NCBI GenBank assembly: GCA_963727455.1
Contig: CAVSGG010000016.1
Location: 1 to 26,582 of the forward strand
DNA length: 26,582 nt
Direction of reading: 5' to 3'
Source: Candidatus Krumholzibacteriota bacterium
Lineage (GTDB): Bacteria; Krumholzibacteriota; Krumholzibacteriia; JAJRXK01
In this document: positions 18,899 to 26,582 of the stretch, piece by piece
How positions within the stretch are numbered: the first letter of the stretch is position 1
Layout: the number at the start of each line of letters is the position of its first letter
Translations under genes and position numbers: made by a program
The notes under the pieces: model-generated
Told to the model about the DNA's origin: nothing
The model's input: only the letters and a program-made list of their open reading frames with translations
Databases searched by the model: none

Positions 18899-18965
18899 GG
18901 GTCTCCTCCGTGAGACTCGGGTTTCAAAGATTTCAGCAAGGATCTCTTGCTCTCGATCGGGCGCC

Positions 18966-19000
18966 AATCTACGGAATGGAAGCTGACAGAGGCCTAACAG
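18966..19000 (-). promoter_or_regulatory. OmpR/PhoB-type direct repeat plus -10 element (leftward promoter)
   Basis: Minus strand reads CTGTTAG-gcct-CTGTCAG-11 nt-TAGATT; the repeat period is 11 bp. Confidence 0.65.
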
Positions 19001-19045
19001 GGCGGCGGCTGCGTAAATAGGCAAATCCGGGCGCTCGCCACGGAA

Positions 19046-19080
19046 CCGTTATATTCCTGTCAGGAAGCGAAGAGTATGGT
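19046..19080 (+). promoter_or_regulatory. OmpR/PhoB-type direct repeat plus -10 element (rightward promoter)
   Basis: Plus strand reads CCGTTAT-attc-CTGTCAG-11 nt-TATGGT; same spacing as the leftward promoter. Confidence 0.6.
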
Positions 19081-19156
19081 CTTCACGTTTCTCCTGTACG
19101 GGATCGAGTCTTCGCATCCGGACCTGGACCACACAAGCTCGCCTGAGCTGCGAATT

Positions 19157-19825
19157 ATGAGAATCCTGGCAATCGAGGACGACAGCCAACTCTCGAGCAT
19201 CCTGCGAAGGGGGTTCGAGGACGAGGGTATCCAGGTGGACGTGGCGAGCGATTTCGATGAAGGACTTTCGCGGGCACTTCTGGCCGAATACGACGTCATC
19301 GTGCTCGATCTCATGCTCCCCGGCGGAAGCGGCTTCGATCTCTGCCGGCATGTGAGAGCAGAGGGCATCGTTACCCCCATCCTCATGCTCACGGCTCGCG
19401 TCGCGGTCGATGATCGGGTCAGGGGGTTGGAAGAGGGGGCCGATGATTACCTCACCAAGCCCTTCGCGTTTCGCGAACTCTTTGCGCGGGTACGGGCACT
19501 GGCGCGTCGCCCTGCGGCACTCGCGGAGGAGGTGTTCATGCTGGAGGATCTGCGGATCGATCTCAAAAGCCGGCGCGTGGAAAGGGGCGGCAAGCCGATC
19601 CGACTCTCCAACAAGGAATGGGATCTTTTGGAGTTCTTCGTACGGCACGCCGATACCGTGGTCGACCGCGCGAGCATCTCCGCCTACGTATGGGATGAGA
19701 ATCATGACCCGTTCTCCAACGTTCTCGAAGTGCTCATCGGACGCCTGCGGCGTAAGATCGACGATGGATTTGAACCCAAGCTGATTCATACCGTGCGCGG
19801 GGCCGGATATAGGTTGGGCCTGTAA
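19157..19825 (+). CDS. OmpR-family response regulator (CusR/CzcR-like)
   Basis: MRILAIEDD, VIVLDLMLPG, PILMLTAR, GADDYLTKPF, and winged helix NVLEVLIGRLRRKIDDGFEPKLIHTVRGAGY. Confidence 0.95.
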   Translation: MRILAIEDDSQLSSILRRGFEDEGIQVDVASDFDEGLSRALLAEYDVIVLDLMLPGGSGFDLCRHVRAEGIVTPILMLTARVAVDDRVRGLEEGADDYLTKPFAFRELFARVRALARRPAALAEEVFMLEDLRIDLKSRRVERGGKPIRLSNKEWDLLEFFVRHADTVVDRASISAYVWDENHDPFSNVLEVLIGRLRRKIDDGFEPKLIHTVRGAGYRLGL

Positions 19826-21091
19826 TGGAGGCATTGAAACGACTCAGAGTCCGGCTCACGGCCTGGTACATCGGCGTCTTCACCATCGTCTTGCTGACCT
19901 TCGGTGCTGCTCTCTTCTCGGTCCTCACGCACCAAATTTCCCGTCGTTTGGATCAATCCCTGAGCAAGGCATCCGAGCAGCTCATCGGAGCCGTGAGTGA
20001 GAAAAGCCTGCAAGATGATGAGAATGCCGCCTTGGCCGATACCCTCGCCAGTCTGCGAATCTCCGGTCGTAGCCTGTATCTCTTCGATCTGCGCGGAGCC
20101 CTGGTGTACCCGGACACTGCGGGGGTATGGATCCGATCGCTGGCTAAAACAGCCAAAGAACGGGGAAGCCTCGCCAAGCAACATGAATTTCCCAATGAGG
20201 TGAGTTGGCGTGCTTTGGCCCGCCCTTTCTCCCTCCCCGGCGGACGAGACTATGTCGCGGTGATCAGCGCCAACGTTGTCGAACTCGACGATGAATACTC
20301 CGGTCTGCTACTGGCCTTCACCTCTGGCCGCACTGGTCGCTCTCTTCGCAGTAGGGTTCGGAGGATGGCTGGTGGCCCGCCGTTCCACCGAGCCCATTCG
20401 TGATTCTCTCCAGCGCATGCGCGATTTCATGGCCGACGCTGCGCACGAGTTGCGCACACCCGTCGCAGTGATGGAAGGACACTCGGAAGTCGCTTTGCGT
20501 CGCTCACGGACGAACGCCGAATATGCCGAAGTGCTTGCCGCAATCCACGCGGAGGCGACGCGACTCGGTGGTATCCTGGAAAATCTTCTCACGATCGCTC
20601 GGGCCGACGCCCAGGCCTGGCCGGTGCACCTGAAATCACTCTACCTGGATGACTTGCTCGTCGACATCACCGCCAATGCGGAAGTTGTCGCGCAAGGGAA
20701 GGGAATTAGCGTGGAACTGGCGTCCCTCGACGAGTTGCCAGTGCAAGGCGACCCGGATCTTCTGCGCCAGCTCGTCATGATTCTCCTGGACAACGCCATC
20801 AAGTTTTCCCCCGAAAATGGACGAGTGATCGTGGCCGCCAGACGCGCGAAGCAGCGAGCTCTGCTCACGGTGGAGGACCATGGTCCGGGAATCGATCCCG
20901 AGATTCTTCCCCATGTCTTTGGCCGCTTCTACCGCGGCGACAGCGCTCGGAGTCGAGCGCAAGGCGCTGGGCTGGGGCTGTCCATCGCCCAGTGGATCGC
21001 CCAGGTGCACCATGCCACGATCACGATCGATTCCAAGCCCGGGAGTGGAACTCGTCTGATCGTGAGCTTCCCTCTGGAGACCGTCTCATGA
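19825..21091 (+). CDS. Sensor histidine kinase with two TM helices; apparent frameshift at ~20320
   Basis: RVRLTAWY-TM1 and a periplasmic domain in one frame. TM2, H-box FMADAAHELRTP, N-box LLDNAIKFS, DHGPGI, F-box RFYRGD and GAGLGLSIA in the next. TAATG overlap with the regulator. Confidence 0.9.
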
Positions 21092-22392
21092 GACCAAAGA
21101 GCACGCGATGGAGTCCACGTACGCCGATCACCGGCGTCCTCGTCGCAATCGTCATGTCGCTGAATCTCGGCATGATTCCAAAGGCGCAGTCCGCCGAGAA
21201 GGCGACGGTCCCTTTGACTTTGGACGAGGCTCTACAGGAGGCGCACCGGGCCAACCGTGAGCTCCCTCTCGCACGTTTCGACCTCAGCGCGGCCCAAGCC
21301 AGGGCGAAGCAGGCCCGCGGAGGCCTCTACCCCAGCTTTTCTCTGGAGGGCGACATTCATGACGGCACACCCCAACGATACGCCAGTGGTGATGCACTCC
21401 TGGCCGTATTTGCGCGGGTCCCCCTTTACGCGGGCGGCGCATTACGAGCGGAGCGCGCGCGAACGGAAGCACTCGTGGACGCACGGGGGGCTGGGTACCG
21501 AATGGCGGTGCGCGACGTGGATTTCGAGGTGCGAGTCGACTTCGCCCGCATCGTGCGAGCTGAAACTACCCTCGAATTTCGACGCCACGCAGTAGCGCGT
21601 CTTCGCGCTTATCTCTCGCAGGTCGAATCTCGCCTCGCTGCAGGACAGGGGATCGCCACGGAAGCGCTTCTTGCCAAGCAGCGCTTGGCGAGTGCGCGCG
21701 GGGACACGGCCACCGTCATTCTTGATCTCGACGAGGCGCGCCTGAATTTCAACGACCTTCTGGGGCGCGAACCGAGCGCCCCTCTGACTTTGGCTCCTTT
21801 GCCGGAGCCCACGCCCCCACCGGAATACGACGAGGAAGCTTGGCGAAGCGCTCCCGATCTGCAACAGGCGGGCGCGGAAGTGCGTGCGGCACAGAGCGAG
21901 CTCGATGCGACACGGGCAGGGCGGAGACCACACCTCGAACTCGAAGCCAACGCGGGTGCGGAGCCGGTGCTGGGTACCTTTGATGCGCCACTCAATACGG
22001 GCAGAGACTGGGGTTCTGAGATCACGCTCTGGTTTCACCTGCCGCTGTGGGACCGCGGCGTTCACGCCGGTCGAATGCAAGAGGCCGATGCAGCGCTTCA
22101 GCAGGCGAAGCAGCGAGAAATCGTCGTTCGACACTCGGCAGATCTTGCCTGGTCCAAAGCCCTTTCCAATCTGCGCAATCTCTACGCGGAATTGCAGGCC
22201 CGGGACGAGGCCGTGAGCGTCGCGCGCGACGCTTACCTACAGGCCGAGAGCCTCTACCGGGGCGGTCAGAGCCGCGCCCTGGAGGTCCTGGACGCCTACG
22301 ACGCATGGATCCAGGCCGGACAAGACCGACTGGACGTGATCTACGCCTATCGCCTCGCGCAGGCAGAACTTCAGCGTTGGGGGAAACCGTGA
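21088..22392 (+). CDS. TolC-family outer-membrane efflux protein
   Basis: Signal peptide, PLTLDEALQEA, VPLYAGG, LPLWDRG and LYRGGQSRALEVLDA; ATGA overlap. Confidence 0.9.
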   Translation: MRPKSTRWSPRTPITGVLVAIVMSLNLGMIPKAQSAEKATVPLTLDEALQEAHRANRELPLARFDLSAAQARAKQARGGLYPSFSLEGDIHDGTPQRYASGDALLAVFARVPLYAGGALRAERARTEALVDARGAGYRMAVRDVDFEVRVDFARIVRAETTLEFRRHAVARLRAYLSQVESRLAAGQGIATEALLAKQRLASARGDTATVILDLDEARLNFNDLLGREPSAPLTLAPLPEPTPPPEYDEEAWRSAPDLQQAGAEVRAAQSELDATRAGRRPHLELEANAGAEPVLGTFDAPLNTGRDWGSEITLWFHLPLWDRGVHAGRMQEADAALQQAKQREIVVRHSADLAWSKALSNLRNLYAELQARDEAVSVARDAYLQAESLYRGGQSRALEVLDAYDAWIQAGQDRLDVIYAYRLAQAELQRWGKP

Positions 22393-23411
22393 GTCGAGCT
22401 ACGCAAAGGACTTGGCAAAGTCAACTGATGGTGTTCGGGCTCCTTCTGGGCTTCTTGGCGACTTTGATGGCCTGCTCGGACAGAGCGAAAGACCCAGCAA
22501 ACGCGGACGGCGCATCCCAGACCCCAGCGCCAACCGCGGTTCCGGTCCGGAGCCAGCCCGTGGCCAGCATCGATCTCGATGTGCTCGTGAAAGCTCCCGG
22601 TCGCACGGAAGCTCTGCGGCAGGATCGCGTACGTTCGCCCTTTGCCGGGCGCTTGGTTTCGCTGAAAACCTTGGACGGTGACCGCGTTCAAGCGGGGCAA
22701 GTCGTCGCGGAAGTTCTCTCGAAGAACAGCGAGGCGGCGCTCCGTGGAGCGAAGGGTATGCTCGCGGAAGCAATCAGCTCGGCAGATTCCATCGACGCGC
22801 GGCGTGCCATCGCGCTGGCGCAACAGGGTGAAGTTCGTCAGGAGCTGACCGCACCGGCCGCCGGAATCGTGTTGTCGCATTCGGCTGTGCCCGGAGACTA
22901 CGTAGAGGAAGGCGAAGTGCTGCTCAGGATTGCCGAGAAGGGAGCCGTCTTCTTCGAGGCTCGGGTATCTCAGGGTGACTTGGCCCTGATCAAACCCGAG
23001 GAGCCCTGCAAGGTGGACATACCCGCGGCCGGAAAACCCTTGGATGCCACCGTTCACGGTGTCCTTCCCACCGCCTCGAGCAGCGACCTCAGTGCTTCAG
23101 TACGATTGGATTTCGATTCCTCTCAGCTCGAGCTCGCCGTCGGATTGTTTGGGACCGCCAGCATCGTGGTCGATCGCCACGAAAATGCCACCGTCGTCCC
23201 CCTGTCAGCCTTACTACGCGACGATATCAGTGGACAGGACCAGATCGCTCTGGTGCACCAGGGGACCGCCCATTGGGTCTCCGTTTCGACGGGCATCGTT
23301 CGGAGCGATTTGGTGGAGATCCTGAGTCCTCCTCTGAATCCGGGAGATCAGGTCATCACCAAGGGACAGGTGGGGCTTCCCGAGGGTGCGCACGTGCAGG
23401 TGACGCATTGA
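22389..23411 (+). CDS. RND periplasmic adaptor (MFP), lipoprotein
   Basis: GTGA overlap; lipobox LMAC; lipoyl halves VRSPFAGRL..GDRVQAGQ and LTAPAAGIV..PGDYVEEGE; LNPGDQVITKG. Confidence 0.9.
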   Translation: MSRATQRTWQSQLMVFGLLLGFLATLMACSDRAKDPANADGASQTPAPTAVPVRSQPVASIDLDVLVKAPGRTEALRQDRVRSPFAGRLVSLKTLDGDRVQAGQVVAEVLSKNSEAALRGAKGMLAEAISSADSIDARRAIALAQQGEVRQELTAPAAGIVLSHSAVPGDYVEEGEVLLRIAEKGAVFFEARVSQGDLALIKPEEPCKVDIPAAGKPLDATVHGVLPTASSSDLSASVRLDFDSSQLELAVGLFGTASIVVDRHENATVVPLSALLRDDISGQDQIALVHQGTAHWVSVSTGIVRSDLVEILSPPLNPGDQVITKGQVGLPEGAHVQVTH

Positions 23412-26400
23412 ACGCCTACGGAAGCTTGCGACGCCGTCCCGCGGCGGTATTCGGGCTACTGCTGGTTCTGGCCGCGGCGGGCGTCTTCATGCTGACGCGG
23501 CTCCCCTCGGCAATCTTCCCCTCGGTGACATTTCCTCTGGTGAAGATCATCGCGGATGCCGGGGAAGAGCCTGCCGCTCGAATGATGCCCACCGTCACTC
23601 GCCCCCTGGAAGAAGCCGCGCGGCGCGTGCCCGGGGTCATCCGCGTGCGGTCCATCACCTCCCGCGGGTCCTCGGAATTGTCCGCGGAATTCAAGTGGGG
23701 CACGAACATGCGAGCCGCCATCGAGCGCATGCGGGGTGAGACCGAACGCATCAAACCCGATCTTCCGCCGGATACTCGCGTCGAAGTCGAGTGGATGAAT
23801 ACCGCCATCTTCCCGATTCTGGGCTATGCAATCACCTCCGATAGCCTGACCCAGTCTCAGCTCTGGAACCTGGCCGAATACTCTCTCAAGCCGGCCTTGC
23901 TGGACATCGAAGGGGTCTCTCGTATCGAGGTTCAGGGCGGTCGCCGCCGTGAATTTCAAGTTCGCCTGAACGAAGCCGCTCTTGAGGGAAGGGGCCTCTC
24001 GGCCGCCGAAGTAGTGAACGCGGTGCGCGAGAACAACGATGTGCTTTCAGCTGGTCTCGTCGAACAGAACCACGAACTGTATCTGGCTCTGGTGAATGGT
24101 CGAGTGCACGACCTCGAGGCCCTTTCTCGCATTTCGATTCCCATTGCGGACGGTCCGCCGGTGACACTTGCCGAATTGGGCGAACTCTCGGTCGCCAACG
24201 AGATCTCCTACATTCGCACCACGGCCGACGGGAAGCCCGCGGTTCTCTTGAACGTGATCCGGCAACCATCCGCCAACACCGTCGCCATCGAGAAGAGCAT
24301 TCGTCAGCTCCTGCACGATCATCCCGAGCTTCTGCCGAATGGAGTAAGCTGGACCCCCTTCTACGACCAGGCCCGCTTCGTGTCCGACTCGGTCGCGGGC
24401 ACGGAGTCCGCGATTCTCATCGGAGTCCTGCTCGCGGCGGTAGTGCTCTTTGTCTTCCTCCGGCGCTGGCGCAGTACCCTGGTGGCCTCCGCGGCCATCC
24501 CGGTCACCGTCGCCATCATGGGTCTCGCACTCGGTGGTTTCCATCAAACCATCAACCTGATGACGCTGGCCGGCATCGCCGCCGCGCTCGGTTTGATCGC
24601 GGACGATGCCATCGTCGTGCTGGAGGACGTCGAAAGGCACCGGGATGCAGGGCATTTTGACCCGGTGGGAACTTCCCTTCACGAGTTGTTGCCCGCCCTC
24701 ATCGGTTCCAGCGTGGCCACCGTCATCATTTTCGTTCCCTTTGCTCTCTTGCCCGGAATCACCGGCGCCTTCTTCAAGCCGCTGGCCATGACCATGGCCC
24801 TCGCTCTGACCATCTCTTTTTTCATCGCAGCGGTCGCGGCGCCACTGGGCCTTCAGATCCTGGAACGAGATGGCAGCTCTCCTCCGGTTTCGCATCCTCT
24901 CGAAGATCAGCTGGAGGATGATCACGGATCGGACTCGAAGCGGAGGCTGGGTCAGAAGCTAGAGTCTGCTTACTCGCGAGTCGCGGGATTGTTCATCGAA
25001 CACGGTTGGGTCGCGGCCTTCACATTGATTGCGCTCTTGATGGGAACCGTATTGCTCTACCGTCACATTGGAACCGATTTTTTGCCGGCGATGGACGAGG
25101 GCTCGATCATTTTGGACTACTGGACGCCGCCGGGGACATCCCTCACCGACACGGACGAGATGCTCCAGCAAGTGGAAAAAGTCATTCTCGCCACTCCCGA
25201 CGTCGAGAGTTACTCACGGCGCACCGGAACTCAGCTCGGCTTCTTCATCACCGAGCCAAATTCCGGAGATTACGTGATCAACCTCAAGCCGCGTGGACAA
25301 CGCCGATCCTTGGACGACGTGGTCGACGATCTCCGCGGCCGCATTGCCCAGGTAGAGCCGGCGGTGCACACGGACTTCGGCCAGATTCTGGAAGATGACA
25401 TCGGCGATTTGACAGGCGGAGAGCCCCAGCCGATCGACATCAAGATTTTCGGGGAGGACCCCGTTCTCCTGGAGCAGAAAGCGAAAAAGGTCGCGGAGAT
25501 CGTGGCCGACGTGCGTGGTACCGAAGACACTTTCGACGGTATCGTCATCGCCGGACCAGCTTTGGAGATCAGGGTAAACCGGAGGCGGCCGCGCGCTACG
25601 GCATCACGACGCAAGATCTTCATGCGAAGTCGAACCTGCCATTTTGGGAACGGTGGCCGGGGAGATCCAGGTGGGCGACCGGATGCACGATGTCCGGGTG
25701 CTCATGCCGCACGATGGACCCCTGAGCGATCTGAGCATCCGAGCCGGAACCGCGCTCCTCCCTCTCCACGACGTCGCCTGCGCCCGCGCCGGATTACCCA
25801 AACGGAGATCGATCGTGAGAATCTCAAGACCTACATCGGAGTGACTGCCCGCATCTAGGGTAGTGATTTGGGCAGCACGATTGCGAATCCGCCGTCGAAT
25901 CGACCGGGAATTGGAGCTGGGAGTCGGGATGTCCATTGGCTATGGAGGATCAGTACGAGCAACAGCGAACTCTTTTCGCGACTTGCTCTACCTTTTGCTC
26001 GCCGGGCTGGTTCTGGTCTGCCTGGTCATCCTGTTTCTTTCGGGGACTGGCGCGCACCACTGGTCAGCTCCTTGGCTGCCGTCACCTCCCTGGCCGGCGC
26101 ACTGGGCGCGCTCCGCTTGACCGGGCAGACCCTCAACGTCTCCAGCTACGTCGGGGCCATCATGATGGTGGGATTGGTGGGCGACAACGTAATGTTCGCG
26201 ATCAACGAAGCCAGACTGGGACTGCAGGAAGGACTCTCGTCGAAAGAGGCCTGGCACAGGTCTGCTCGCCGACGATTGCGCCCCATGGCCATGACGATCT
26301 TCGCCACCGGCTTCGCTCTGGCGCCCTTGGCTCTGGCCCTGGGGCAAGGCGCCCAGCTCATCCAGCCGCTGGCCATCGCGGTGATCGGCGGCTTCACCCT

Positions 26401-26484
26401 CTCGGGGCCGATCGTGCTCTTCCTTCTGCCGGGGCTCTATCGTTGGCTCGACCCAAAGGGAATCTGGGCAAAACCAGAAGCTGA
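23408..26484 (+). CDS. RND efflux permease (CusA/CzcA-related); many frameshifts and an in-frame TAG between ~25575 and ~26050; end uncertain
   Basis: TTGA overlap; LGLIADDAIVVLED and FLPAMDEG. The C-terminal TM half reads in a frame not in the ORF track: LNVSSYVGAIMMVGLVGDN..RRRLRPMAMT..PLAIAVIGG..LLPGLY. Confidence 0.88.
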
Positions 26485-26582
26485 AGAATCGCTTTGGACC
26501 TCTTCTGACGATTCGATCCTTCCCCATCCTGCCGCGGCGCGACTGCGCCGAACCGGCCGTCCGCTTGACAGTCCAAGGTCAG

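Noticed and set aside
19076-19156. N-terminal extension of the response regulator from ATG 19076
   Set aside because: That ATG lies inside the predicted -10 hexamer; the receiver domain starts at MRILAIEDD (19157).
25856-25858. In-frame TAG in the RND gene as a recoded stop
   Set aside because: It sits in an indel-rich stretch, and TAG is a normal stop for several genes here (osmC, mdh, S1).
26535-26582. Hairpin CGGCGC-gact-GCGCCG and a perfect TTGACA at 26565-26570
   Set aside because: A matching -10 element would lie beyond the window end, and the hairpin lacks a U-tract, so neither can be supported.

Overview
This is a GC-rich bacterial chromosomal window with about 20 protein genes. I found no rRNA, tRNA, CRISPR array, transposase, integrase or phage gene. 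The left two-thirds holds mixed housekeeping and accessory genes: an NmrA/QorB-like oxidoreductase, an EamA transporter, a NUDIX hydrolase, an OsmC protein, an arginine deiminase with no other arc genes nearby, a lipoprotein, malate dehydrogenase, a TolC-MFP-RND operon, a secreted S9 peptidase, a saccharopine dehydrogenase, an internally shortened alpha/beta hydrolase and a 4-domain S1 protein with a long acidic N-terminal tail. The right third (18.4-26.5 kb) is a self-contained module. A stand-alone secreted PDC/Cache-like protein is transcribed divergently from a translationally coupled operon of OmpR regulator, histidine kinase, TolC, MFP and RND permease. Both divergent promoters share one architecture, CyGTTAk-N4-CTGTCAG-N11-TAnnnT. 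This module is my best candidate for an uncharacterised sensing/efflux system, but novelty cannot be established without database searches. Frameshifts in four genes look more like long-read or assembly errors than biology.
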